From an uncultured Muribaculaceae bacterium (GTDB lineage Bacteria; Bacillota_I; Bacilli_A; RF39; UBA660): a stretch of 54,513 nucleotides of DNA. A program made the position numbers and the translations under genes. Below the pieces are notes generated by a model. The model made no database searches. It was given only the letters and a program-made list of their open reading frames with translations, and was not told the origin of the DNA. The DNA lies in contig CAYLJU010000007.1 of assembly GCA_964384115.1 (NCBI GenBank), forward strand, positions 1 through 54,513, given 5' to 3'. Shown piece by piece: positions 1 to 8,984 of the stretch; positions within the stretch are counted from its first letter, which is position 1, and the number at the start of each line of letters is the position of its first letter.

Positions 1-82
1 CTAACATCAACCGTTCTTTATATAATTTCATCCGAAACTATTTGACACTAATTTTACTTGATTTTCATTTATTTACTTAATC

Positions 83-517
83 TTATGCATTATATTTTTT
101 AGCAATTTCTCTCTCCACATCTCTTTTTTTAACACTTTCCCTTTTATCATAAAGTTTTTTACCTCTACATAAACCTAGTTCTATTTTAGCTTTATCATGA
201 ACAAAATACAATTTTAAAGGAATTAAAGTAAAACCATCTAAATCTAATTTATTTTTTAATTTCAAAATTTCCTTTTTATGAAGTAAAAGTTTCCTTGTTC
301 TAGTTTCTTCATGATTAAAAACACCACCATTTTCATAAGGACTAATATGCATATTTAAAATAAAAACTTCATTATTTTTTATAATTCCATAACTATCTTT
401 AATATTAGCCTTACCCATTCTAATTGATTTAATTTCTGTCCCCTTTAAAACAATACCACATTCTATTCTTTCAAATATTTCATAATTAAAATTAGCCTTT
501 CGATTTAATATTTCCAT
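83..517 (-). CDS. smpB: SsrA-binding protein SmpB
   Basis: The translation (MEILNRKANFNYEI...GTEIKSIRMGKANIKDSY...KRDVEREIAKK) matches the SmpB family throughout. I placed the start at the ATG at 517, preceded by AAGGAGGAG. The longer track ORF overlaps the rnr 3' end. Confidence 0.9.
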   Translation of the reverse strand: MEILNRKANFNYEIFERIECGIVLKGTEIKSIRMGKANIKDSYGIIKNNEVFILNMHISPYENGGVFNHEETRTRKLLLHKKEILKLKNKLDLDGFTLIPLKLYFVHDKAKIELGLCRGKKLYDKRESVKKRDVEREIAKKYNA

Positions 518-2618
518 TTTTCTCCTCCTTAAAAGGTAAAAAATCAACAGTTTTAGTTAGTTTTGAAGCATCTTTAACAATAACTTTCATATAATCACCA
601 ATTCGATATTGTTTGCCCATTCTACGTCCAATTAAACGATAATTTTCTTCATCGTAAATATAAAAATCATCACTTAAATCTTCTATTTTAATTAAACCTT
701 CAACTAAATTATCAAGTTCAACAAAAATTCCAAAGTTCATAACACCACTAATATGTCCACTATAAACTTCCCCAATATGTTCTTCCATATATTCAGCCAT
801 TTTCATATCATCAACTTCTCGTTCACATTCAATAGCATCAACTTCTTTTTCACTAGTATGTTCAGCAATAACAGGAAGTTTAACATTCATAGAATCAATT
901 GTATAATTATCAATTTTACCTTCAAATATATAAGTTCTAAGAAGTCTATGAACAGTAGTATCTGGATATCTTCTAATAGGTGAAGTAAAATGTGTATAAC
1001 AATCACTACCTAAACCAAAATGACCAATATTAGTATCACTATAGACAGCTTTTTGCATACTTCTAAGTAAAAGTTCAGAAAAGATTGGATATTCCATTGT
1101 ATCTTTTAATTGATTCAATAAATTTTGAACAGATTGTGGACTAGATTTTTTTAATTTACCAACTGTTTTATAACCAAGTGTGCTAACAAAATTAACAAAA
1201 TTATTTAATTTTTCTTGACTAGGTTCACCATGTATACGATATATAAAAGGAAGTTCCATATTATTTATATATGTTGCAACAGTTTCATTTGCAACAATCA
1301 TAAAATCTTCGATTAACTTTTCACCAGTACCTTGAACTCTTTTACTAAGCTCAATAGGTTTTCCTTTTTCATCAACTATAATCTTAACCTCAGGAATTTC
1401 AAAATCAATATAACCTCTCTTATATTTATTTTCTCTTAAAATATCCGATAATTTTTTCATATTTCTAAGTGTTTTTTCAAAAGGTTTATAACTATTATCA
1501 ACTATATTTTTTTCTAAAATATCATTAACTTTTTTATATGTCATTCTAAGTTTAGATTTAATAACACTTGGAAATACATTATAATTAACAACTTCACCTT
1601 TATCATCTATTTCCATAACACATGAAATCGCAAAGCGATCAACATTTCCATTAAGTGAACAAATACCATTAGATAATTTATGAGGAAGCATTGGTAATAC
1701 TCTATCTACCAAATAAACACTTGTTCCTCTTTCATAAGCTTCTTTATCAAGTTCAGATCCTTCTTTTACATAATAACTTACATCAGCAATATGTACTCCA
1801 AGTTCATAATTACCATTTTTAAGTATTTTTAAACTAACAGCATCATCTAAATCCTTAGCATCATCACCATCAATCGTAAATATTTCTTCATTCCTTAAAT
1901 CAGTTCTATTTTTTATATCATTTTCATCTATTTCATTTGGAATATCATCAAGTTCTTTCATAACAGCATCTGGAAATGTATCTGAAAAATCATATTTAGC
2001 AATAATTGATAAAATATCAACGCCAGGATCATTTTTGTGACCAATTATTTTAACAACTTCACCCTCATATGTATTTGCCTTAATTTTTTTACCTAATTTA
2101 ATTAAAACTTTATGACCATCCATAGCATTTAATGATTTATAAGGTTCAATTATAACATCAATACTAATCTTATCATCGTCAAATTTAATATGACCTTTTT
2201 TATCTTTATAGTAATATTCCCCAACAAATAATTTATTTTCTCTGTTAACAATACTTAATATTCTACCTTCTGGTTTAATGCCTTTTTTAAATATTTCCAA
2301 AACAACAGTATCTCCATCTATTGCCCCATTTACATTATTTTTAGCAATAAATGTATCTTCTTCACCATCTACTATAACAAAACCAAAGCCTTTCCTATTA
2401 CCAATAAATTTACCTGTTTTAAGATGACTATTTACAAGTAACATATACTTTTTTGCTTTTGATTGATAAACCGTAGCTTTTAATTGTAAATCATTTAAAA
2501 TTTTTATAATAGATGCTATATCTTCTGGAGAAGTAATATTTAAATATTCACATATTTCTTCTAAACTAAAACCTCTTTCTTCTGTTTTTAAAAATTCTAT
2601 TATTTTATCTTCCATCAT
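492..2618 (-). CDS. rnr: Ribonuclease R (3'-5' exoribonuclease)
   Basis: Carries the RNB catalytic motif FTIDGDDAKDLDDAVS, N-terminal OB/cold-shock-like regions and a C-terminal S1 domain (GEVYSGHISGVMNFGIFVEL). A GAGGT RBS precedes the ATG at 2618. The rnr-smpB pairing is the conserved arrangement. Confidence 0.9.
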   Translation of the reverse strand: MMEDKIIEFLKTEERGFSLEEICEYLNITSPEDIASIIKILNDLQLKATVYQSKAKKYMLLVNSHLKTGKFIGNRKGFGFVIVDGEEDTFIAKNNVNGAIDGDTVVLEIFKKGIKPEGRILSIVNRENKLFVGEYYYKDKKGHIKFDDDKISIDVIIEPYKSLNAMDGHKVLIKLGKKIKANTYEGEVVKIIGHKNDPGVDILSIIAKYDFSDTFPDAVMKELDDIPNEIDENDIKNRTDLRNEEIFTIDGDDAKDLDDAVSLKILKNGNYELGVHIADVSYYVKEGSELDKEAYERGTSVYLVDRVLPMLPHKLSNGICSLNGNVDRFAISCVMEIDDKGEVVNYNVFPSVIKSKLRMTYKKVNDILEKNIVDNSYKPFEKTLRNMKKLSDILRENKYKRGYIDFEIPEVKIIVDEKGKPIELSKRVQGTGEKLIEDFMIVANETVATYINNMELPFIYRIHGEPSQEKLNNFVNFVSTLGYKTVGKLKKSSPQSVQNLLNQLKDTMEYPIFSELLLRSMQKAVYSDTNIGHFGLGSDCYTHFTSPIRRYPDTTVHRLLRTYIFEGKIDNYTIDSMNVKLPVIAEHTSEKEVDAIECEREVDDMKMAEYMEEHIGEVYSGHISGVMNFGIFVELDNLVEGLIKIEDLSDDFYIYDEENYRLIGRRMGKQYRIGDYMKVIVKDASKLTKTVDFLPFKEEKNGNIKSKG

Positions 2619-3678
2619 GATCAACCTCAATTTCTTTTATCTCAACTTTATTAATCGAATCAAATCTTTTACTTATTTTTTCACTAGTAGTGTGCAAATC
2701 TTTTACATCGTTATTTATAGTTTCTATATGATTAGATAATTTATCCCATCTTTCTTTATATCTTTTAAATTCAACATCTAAAAGTTTTAATTGTTCATGA
2801 ATAATACTAGCATATTTATCTCTTTCTACATTTTTAACTATAATTTGAATAGTTGTAAGTGTACTTATTAAAGTTGTTGGCGAAACTAACCAAACTTTTT
2901 TCTTATAAGCATAATCAATTAATTCTTGATGATATGCTTGTATTTCTGCAAAAACAGCTTCAGCTGGTAAAAACATAAATGCTTGATCAGAAGTAACACC
3001 AGCAATTATATATTTTCTAGAAATATCATCAATATGTTTTTTAACATCTTGAACAAAACTTTTCTCAGCAGCATCTCTTATCCCTTGATTCAAATTTTTA
3101 TCAACCATTCTTTGATAATTTTCAAGTGGAAATTTAGAATCAATCGCTACTGTTCCGAGTGGTTCAGGTGCGAATAAAACACAGTCAGCTATTTCACCAG
3201 TTTCAAATTTATGTTGCATTTCATATAAATGCATATCATTTCCAAAGACACTATTCATAATATGTTTTAAATTAACTTCACCAAAAGTACCACGTGCTTT
3301 TTTATCTGTTAATATTCCTTGTAAAGAAATAATATCAGTAGATAACATATCAATTTTTTTCTGAGCTTCATCTATTTTAGCTAATTTTTCTAAAACACTA
3401 GTAAAAGTTTTATTTGTTTTTTCAAAATTTTCATCCAATCTAGAATTTACTTTATCATTTATAAATCTAAGTCTTTCTTCTATTCGATCACTTAATTTAG
3501 TAAAATCATCATTCATATCTTTTGTTAGGTCAGTTCTAAAACTATTTAATTCTTTAATTGTTGTATTTTCTAGTTTACCAAGTCTTTCACTTATATGAGT
3601 TTCATTTATATTTTTCATTAAACTAATAACAGTTACAATCAAATTAATTACAATTAAAATAATTATTACATATTCCAT
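2605..3678 (-). CDS. rmuC: DNA recombination protein RmuC
   Basis: Has an N-terminal TM helix, a long coiled coil, and the RmuC nuclease-like core (ADCVLFAPEPLGTVAIDSKFPLENY ... MFLPAEAVFAE). The likely start is the ATG at 3678, after GGTGAT. Confidence 0.8.
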   Translation of the reverse strand: MEYVIIILIVINLIVTVISLMKNINETHISERLGKLENTTIKELNSFRTDLTKDMNDDFTKLSDRIEERLRFINDKVNSRLDENFEKTNKTFTSVLEKLAKIDEAQKKIDMLSTDIISLQGILTDKKARGTFGEVNLKHIMNSVFGNDMHLYEMQHKFETGEIADCVLFAPEPLGTVAIDSKFPLENYQRMVDKNLNQGIRDAAEKSFVQDVKKHIDDISRKYIIAGVTSDQAFMFLPAEAVFAEIQAYHQELIDYAYKKKVWLVSPTTLISTLTTIQIIVKNVERDKYASIIHEQLKLLDVEFKRYKERWDKLSNHIETINNDVKDLHTTSEKISKRFDSINKVEIKEIEVDHDGR

Positions 3679-3916
3679 TTTTATCACCATAATAAGTATA
3701 ACATTTTTTGTAAAAAAAAGGAATATTATATAAAAACAAGTTTTATCTATAATAAAATTTTTAATATCAGCCTCTTAGTAAAAAAAGTTATTATTACAAG
3801 TATTATGATATAAATAAAATATAATATATAAATTATTCTATTATAAACAACATTACTAGCATTTGATATTGATAAAAAGCAAAAATAATATTCATACGAT
3901 TTAAGTAAATATAAAC

Positions 3917-3951
3917 TTTAAGTAGGTTTTAAGTAAGATTTAAGCAAGATA
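3917..3951 (+). repeat. 35-bp direct repeat, left copy (TTTAAGTAGGTTTTAAGTAAGATTTAAGCAAGATA), abutting the -35 of the fic promoter
   Basis: Matches 5005-5039 at 34 of 35 positions. Internally it is built from TTTAAG(T/C)A units. Two further TTTAAGTA units lie just upstream, starting around 3899. Confidence 0.85.
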
Positions 3952-3953
3952 TA

Positions 3954-3982
3954 TTGTATATTTTCCTATAAAATGATATAAT
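3954..3982 (+). promoter_or_regulatory. Sigma-A type promoter for fic (TTGTAT-17 nt-TATAAT with a TG-extended -10)
   Basis: TTGTAT at 3954-3959, a 17-nt spacer ending in TGA, and TATAAT at 3977-3982. It lies about 27 nt upstream of the GAGGTGA RBS. Confidence 0.55.
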
Positions 3983-4008
3983 ATAAATAATAAAACGAGG
4001 TGATTTTA

Positions 4009-5004
4009 ATGGATAAATATATTCCGCCATTTGAAATATCAAATAAAATGTTAAAAAAAGTTTCTGACATTATGGAAAAAATCGGTAAATTAGATTCTTT
4101 TACTAATTTAGATAAAACACCATACTTAAGAAAACAAACTAAAATCAATTCAGTTCATTCTTCTGTTGCTATTGAAAATAATCCCCTTAGTTTAGAACAA
4201 GTAAAAGATGTTATCAACGGTAAACTAGTTATTGGTGAACAAAAAGACATTCAAGAAGTAAAAAATGCATATAAAGCATATGAAATGTTAAAAGATATTA
4301 ATCCATACTCTATCAATGATTTAAAAAAAGTTCATGGCGTTATGACTTTCTTAGTTGAAGAAGTATCTGGAAAATTTAGAACTACTCCTGAAGGTGTATT
4401 TGATGAAAATGGAAACTGTATATTTGTATGTCCACCAGGAAATAGAGTTAATTCATTAATGAATGATTTGTTTGAATGGTTAAATGAAAATAAAGATACA
4501 ATTCATCCTTTAATTTTATCAAGCATATTCCATTATGAATTCGTATTTATTCATCCATTTACAAATGGCAATGGTAGAATGATTAGATTATGGCAAAATG
4601 CAATTCTTTATAAATGGAAAGATGTCTTTGAATATTTACCAATTGAATCTAAAATTTACAAATATCAAGATGAATACTATAATTCAATAGCGCAGTGTCA
4701 TAAAAATGGTAACTCAAATGTATTTATTGAATTTATGTTAAAAATGATAGATGAAACTTTAGATGAAGCAATATCTACATCTCATATGCCACTTACAAAC
4801 GAAACAATTAATATTAATAGATTATTAAATGTTATGGAAACTGGTAAACCAATAACAGCAACTGAAATAATGGAAAAATTAGGAATTAAATCTAAAGAAA
4901 CTTTAAGAGGACAATATCTTGATCCTGCTATTAAACAAGGCTTAATTAATTTAACCATTCCTGATAAACCAACAAGTAAAAATCAAATGTATTATAAAAA
5001 TTAA
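4009..5004 (+). CDS. fic: Fic family protein (AMPylase-type, class II, with an N-terminal inhibitory helix and a C-terminal wHTH-like tail)
   Basis: Carries the Fic active-site motif HPFTNGNGRMIR and the inhibitory (S/T)xxxE(G/N) motif as SVAIEN near the N-terminus. A GAGGTGA RBS precedes the ATG at 4009. Confidence 0.85.
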   Translation: MDKYIPPFEISNKMLKKVSDIMEKIGKLDSFTNLDKTPYLRKQTKINSVHSSVAIENNPLSLEQVKDVINGKLVIGEQKDIQEVKNAYKAYEMLKDINPYSINDLKKVHGVMTFLVEEVSGKFRTTPEGVFDENGNCIFVCPPGNRVNSLMNDLFEWLNENKDTIHPLILSSIFHYEFVFIHPFTNGNGRMIRLWQNAILYKWKDVFEYLPIESKIYKYQDEYYNSIAQCHKNGNSNVFIEFMLKMIDETLDEAISTSHMPLTNETININRLLNVMETGKPITATEIMEKLGIKSKETLRGQYLDPAIKQGLINLTIPDKPTSKNQMYYKN

Positions 5005-5039
5005 TTTAAGTAGGTTTTAAGCAAGATTTAAGCAAGATA
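5005..5039 (+). repeat. 35-bp direct repeat, right copy, immediately after the fic stop codon
   Basis: TTTAAGTAGGTTTTAAGCAAGATTTAAGCAAGATA, matching 3917-3951 at 34 of 35 positions. Confidence 0.85.
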
Positions 5040-5066
5040 ACTATTAATGAAATAGTTATCTTTTTT
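5036..5066 (+). terminator. Rho-independent terminator of fic
   Basis: Perfect 9-bp stem GATAACTAT/ATAGTTATC with a 7-nt loop, followed by TTTTTT. Confidence 0.7.
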
Positions 5067-5281
5067 CTTAATTCAAAATTAAAATCAAAAAACAATTAAA
5101 TTATTTAATACATATTCAAATAAATATGGAATTTTTTTAAAAAGTAAAATGATTAAGATAAAATACGTTATTTCAATTAAAAAAAGATAATTTCTATAAT
5201 AATTAAATATTTCAATAAAAAATAGAAATGAAATATTATATCTAAAACATATTTTATAATATTATCTTACTTTAAATATAT

Positions 5282-5306
5282 CAAAAAAGTGTGCATAAAC
5301 ACACTT
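5282..5306 (-). terminator. Rho-independent terminator after the rhodanese gene (overlaps its stop codon)
   Basis: Stem AAGTGTG/CACACTT followed by a T-run on the minus strand. The plus strand is also followed by AATTTTTT, so it may act in both directions. Confidence 0.5.
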
Positions 5307-5592
5307 AATTTTTTAAATAATTTATATAAGCTTTATACCCACCATCTAAACTAACAACATCATAATTTTTTTTTAATATTTGAACTAATTTAATACTAGC
5401 TTTACCACAATCACAATAAATTACATAAGTTAAATTTTTATTTAAATATTTATTAGGAAAAGCAAGTATATCATTAAGTTCAATATTAATTGATCCAGGT
5501 ATATGACCAGTCATATAATCTTCTTTAGATCTTATATCAATCAATTTATAATTTGTATATTTTTTTAAATCATCTATATCAATAGAATCCAT
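5305..5592 (-). CDS. Single-domain rhodanese-like sulfurtransferase
   Basis: About 95 aa with the rhodanese fold pattern (LIDIRSKEDYMTGHIPGSINI ... VIYCDCGKAS active-site Cys loop ... LDGGYKAY). Confidence 0.75.
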   Translation of the reverse strand: MDSIDIDDLKKYTNYKLIDIRSKEDYMTGHIPGSINIELNDILAFPNKYLNKNLTYVIYCDCGKASIKLVQILKKNYDVVSLDGGYKAYINYLKN

Positions 5593-5619
5593 ATATTCAC
5601 CAATATATTATATGACTAT

Positions 5620-7806
5620 TTATTCTCCATCGCACCAAAAATCATCAAAAAATTCATCATCAGTAACTTCATCTTTAGATTTTTTTCCATCATCTAAATC
5701 TCTATTTTGTTCATCAACATTTATATTTTGTTCTTCTATATCAAAATCACTTTGTTTATGACTATCCAAAATAATATTTTCATTATCTTCAATATTATTT
5801 TCATCTAATTCATTAGAAATATTATTAATATTTTCTTTTGAATCTTCTATAACATTATCCTGATCATTATCCTCAAAAGACCAATCTTTATCATCATCTT
5901 TATTAGCTTCTTCAGCTTCCAATTCAGCTATTTTAGCATCTATTCTCTTAACAACCTCATCTAAATCTATAGAATTTGCTTGATTATTACCCATAAAAGG
6001 ATTCTGATTTTGATTACCAAATGGCATACCAGCAAATGGGAAAGGATTTCCTCCAAAATCACCATTATTCATATTTCCAACCATACTTTGAAATTTATCA
6101 GCCTTAACTTTATCAACAAATTGCTTTATATCAAACATTGGAATGCTTAATTTTTCACGTGTAGGATAACCAGCTTTATCATATTTTTTACCCCAATCAA
6201 TCTTCCAATTCATAACAAGTTTAGTCTTAAATGGCCATTGACGAGTACGAAGAATAATTGTCTCACCTTGTTTAAGTCTCTGTAAATCACTTACAGTAAT
6301 TAAAGGTGTTGAAGCAGTCTTATCTTTTTCTTTTGACTTTTTCTCACCACATAACTTACTAATTTCTTCTAAAGCTGCAATTTCAGTACTAATTAAATAA
6401 ATAATATTACCACAGTTACCTTTAATAGTATCAGCTTGTTCTTTTCCATATATTTGATTTAATTGAGCAAAGTTTTGAATAATGAAATTAAATCTAATTA
6501 AACGGCTTCTAGCAGCAGTTACCATTGTTGTAACATCTTTTAATGGTGGCATATTCGCGAATTCATCTAGAATAAAATTAGTTCTATATGGTAATTTACC
6601 ACCACATTCTTGAGCAACATCAATTAATGTTTCATAACATTGCTTAATAAAAATCGTAACTAATGAATGATATGTCTTTTTCTCATCTTGAATAACTATA
6701 AATACCGCTGTTTTTTGTCTACCAATATCTTTCATATCAAAATCATTATGAGCAAGCATTTCCGATAAAACTTCACGTGAAGTAAATAATTTTACTTTTT
6801 GTTTAAATACTGCTAAAATACCACCCTTAGTTTCTGAAGGAGCCATTAAAACAGAACTTGCATTTACATAAGCTGAAGATGCTGCATCTTTAGTTGAAAA
6901 ATATTCTTTTATATATGTAGATGCACCACATCTTTCTTCACCAATAGTAGACATTAAATTTATACTATTTAAATTTATTTCTTCCGGTTTAGCATCATCA
7001 AATAATCCAAGTGCAAGACCTGAAAAATAATCTGCTGAAGACTTTTCCCAGAAAGGATCTTGATTTTGAGCTTTTTCATCATAAAGTATATTTGCAACCA
7101 AATCATCTAAAAGTTCTATAGCCTTATCAACATTACCTTCTTTATATAATGAATAAGGTAAATAAAGAGGATTCCAAGAATTACCTTTTTGTGGATCACG
7201 GAAATTAAGTAAGACAATATTATAGCCTTTTTCCTTTAACATTTCAGCTGTTTCCTCATATATTTCACCTTTAGGATCGGTAATAATCATAGATTCGCCT
7301 TTACGAGCTAAAATCTTAACAGCAGGTAAAACCATATACTGTGTTTTACCTGAACCAGTAGAACCAATTATAAGTGAATGAGATTCTCCATCATCAACAT
7401 AAATTTCTTTACCATTATTTATTAAAGGAAGACCACCATATTTCATTACTTCATCAGTAACTTTAACCATCTTTAATTGTTCTTTAATTTCTTTTTCTTT
7501 TGCCCAATGAGAATAACCATCACTTTCTTTTTTCTTAACAGAAAAACCAATACCTTTTTCTTTATCAAAAATAAGTGAACTAACACTTGTTAATACCCAA
7601 ATTAATAAAACTGCAAAAAGTAAAATAGAAGCAACTAATCTTATAGGAATATAAATATGATATGGAATAAGCCAAATATAAGGTTCAACAATTCCATAAC
7701 TAGCCCAGTTAGCTAAATTTTCAACCATTACTGCCGATAAATAAAATAAAGCAATCGCAAATATTATAAATTTTATCCAATCCTTTTTTTCTGCTTTTAT
7801 TTTCAT
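5620..7806 (-). CDS. Type IV secretion coupling protein (VirD4/TraG family T4CP) with a long acidic low-complexity C-terminal tail
   Basis: Has N-terminal TM helices, Walker A IIGSTGSGKTQ, the TDPKGE motif, Walker B FILDEFANMPP and an SRLIRFNFIIQNFAQL region typical of TraG/VirD4. The tail is rich in N, Q, D and E. A GGAGGA RBS precedes the ATG at 7806. Confidence 0.85.
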   Translation of the reverse strand: MKIKAEKKDWIKFIIFAIALFYLSAVMVENLANWASYGIVEPYIWLIPYHIYIPIRLVASILLFAVLLIWVLTSVSSLIFDKEKGIGFSVKKKESDGYSHWAKEKEIKEQLKMVKVTDEVMKYGGLPLINNGKEIYVDDGESHSLIIGSTGSGKTQYMVLPAVKILARKGESMIITDPKGEIYEETAEMLKEKGYNIVLLNFRDPQKGNSWNPLYLPYSLYKEGNVDKAIELLDDLVANILYDEKAQNQDPFWEKSSADYFSGLALGLFDDAKPEEINLNSINLMSTIGEERCGASTYIKEYFSTKDAASSAYVNASSVLMAPSETKGGILAVFKQKVKLFTSREVLSEMLAHNDFDMKDIGRQKTAVFIVIQDEKKTYHSLVTIFIKQCYETLIDVAQECGGKLPYRTNFILDEFANMPPLKDVTTMVTAARSRLIRFNFIIQNFAQLNQIYGKEQADTIKGNCGNIIYLISTEIAALEEISKLCGEKKSKEKDKTASTPLITVSDLQRLKQGETIILRTRQWPFKTKLVMNWKIDWGKKYDKAGYPTREKLSIPMFDIKQFVDKVKADKFQSMVGNMNNGDFGGNPFPFAGMPFGNQNQNPFMGNNQANSIDLDEVVKRIDAKIAELEAEEANKDDDKDWSFEDNDQDNVIEDSKENINNISNELDENNIEDNENIILDSHKQSDFDIEEQNINVDEQNRDLDDGKKSKDEVTDDEFFDDFWCDGE

Positions 7807-7852
7807 AAGATCCTCCAAACATTTTCACTTAAATATAGTATAGCATTTTTTT

Positions 7853-7886
7853 CATAAAAATAAAAGAATATTATAAGTATTCTTTT
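7853..7886 (-). terminator. Hairpin terminator overlapping the dnaJ stop codon
   Basis: 9-bp stem AAAAGAATA/TATTCTTTT followed by ATTTTTA on the minus strand. It separates dnaJ from the T4CP gene, which has its own TGCTATACT extended -10 at about 7837-7845. Confidence 0.5.
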
Positions 7887-8974
7887 ATTTTCTTAAATTC
7901 TTTATTATCTTCCAAATCAGTTTCCCTTAATTTTTCAAACAAAATCTTTTGTTCTCTTGAAAGTTTAGTAGGTGGTAAAATATTTAATACAACATACATA
8001 TCTCCTCTTTTACCATTATTAACATCTGGAACACCTTTTCCTTTTAATCTTAATTTATCACCAGTTTTTGATCCTTCGGGAATTGTTAATTTTATAGTTC
8101 CATCCATAGTAGGAACATCTCTTTTACATCCAAGAACAGCATCTACAACAGTAATTGGTAAAAATAAATATATATCATTTTCTTCACGTTCAAAAATTGG
8201 ATGAGCTGAAACATTAAATTCAATATAAAGATCACCATTAGAGCCACCATTATATCCAGCTTCACCTTTACCAGCTATCCGAAGTTGATTTCCTGTATCA
8301 ACACCAGCTGGAACTTTAACTTCTATTTCTTTTACTTTATTTATTTTTCCAACACCACGACAACTAGAACATACTTTATCATAAGTAGTACCTTTTCCAT
8401 GACAATTATCACATACTGTTCTTGTCATAAATGATCCAAAAATAGATCTTTGTTCACTTGTAACAGTACCACTACCATGACAAACACTACAAGTTTTTTC
8501 TCCTATTCCACCTTTTCCATGACAATCATCACAAATATCAGAAGAATTAACCTTAATAGTTTTTTTACACCCATTAAAAGCTTCTTCAAATGTAATATTC
8601 ATTGAAACAATAGTATCTTCGCCTTTTCTTGAACGATTAGAATTAGAAGTTCTACCACCAAAATTAAAACCACCAAAGCTACTTCCAAACAAATCGGAAA
8701 AGATATCTGAAAAATCAAATCCTGAAAAATCATAACCAGCTGAACCACCATTATTATTAAATGCTGAATGACCAAACTGATCATATTGTTTTCTTTTATT
8801 GGGATCTGATAAAACAGCATATGCTTCTTGTGCTTCTTTAAATTTATCTGCAGCATCAGGTTCTTTATTTATATCTGGATGATATTGTTTAGCTAATTTC
8901 CTAAAAGCACTTTTTATTTCAGCATCAGTAGCTGTTTTTGAAACTCCTAAGACTTCATAATAATCTTTTTTCAT
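7871..8974 (-). CDS. dnaJ: Molecular chaperone DnaJ (type I)
   Basis: J domain (DYYEVLGV ... HPD), a G/F-rich linker, and four CxxCxGxG zinc-finger repeats ([32 protein letters not shown]). Confidence 0.95.
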   Translation of the reverse strand: MKKDYYEVLGVSKTATDAEIKSAFRKLAKQYHPDINKEPDAADKFKEAQEAYAVLSDPNKRKQYDQFGHSAFNNNGGSAGYDFSGFDFSDIFSDLFGSSFGGFNFGGRTSNSNRSRKGEDTIVSMNITFEEAFNGCKKTIKVNSSDICDDCHGKGGIGEKTCSVCHGSGTVTSEQRSIFGSFMTRTVCDNCHGKGTTYDKVCSSCRGVGKINKVKEIEVKVPAGVDTGNQLRIAGKGEAGYNGGSNGDLYIEFNVSAHPIFEREENDIYLFLPITVVDAVLGCKRDVPTMDGTIKLTIPEGSKTGDKLRLKGKGVPDVNNGKRGDMYVVLNILPPTKLSREQKILFEKLRETDLEDNKEFKKIKEYL

Positions 8975-8984
8975 AAACATACTC

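Noticed and set aside
1-82. Possible tmRNA (ssrA) downstream of smpB at the left edge.
   Set aside because: ssrA often follows smpB. However, only 82 nt are available, and I see no tRNA-like acceptor or T-arm (no GGTTCGA-type motif or 3' CCA context). The call cannot be supported.
753-983. Many short plus-strand ORFs (60-207 aa) lie inside long minus-strand genes, and some lie the other way round. Examples: 753-983, 2983-3177, 9563-9748, 10977-11600, 12450-12665, 13108-13362, 16378-16581, 18961-19218, 25923-26141, 32568-32774, 39044-39235, 40793-40999, 41498-41836, 45331-45564, 45728-46084, 52098-52629. Same-strand out-of-frame examples: 8599-8856, 11071-11259, 40744-40944.
   Set aside because: They lie antisense to, or out of frame within, genes with clear family identity. 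Their translations are low-complexity (runs of I, F, N, S and L), as expected from AT-rich or antisense sequence. They lack RBS motifs. I treat them as shadow ORFs.
3917-5039. The 35-bp direct repeats as attL/attR of a larger integrative element that includes the T4CP.
   Set aside because: They bracket only ~1.1 kb containing fic. No integrase or recombinase lies between or beside them, and the T4CP is outside the repeat-bounded segment.
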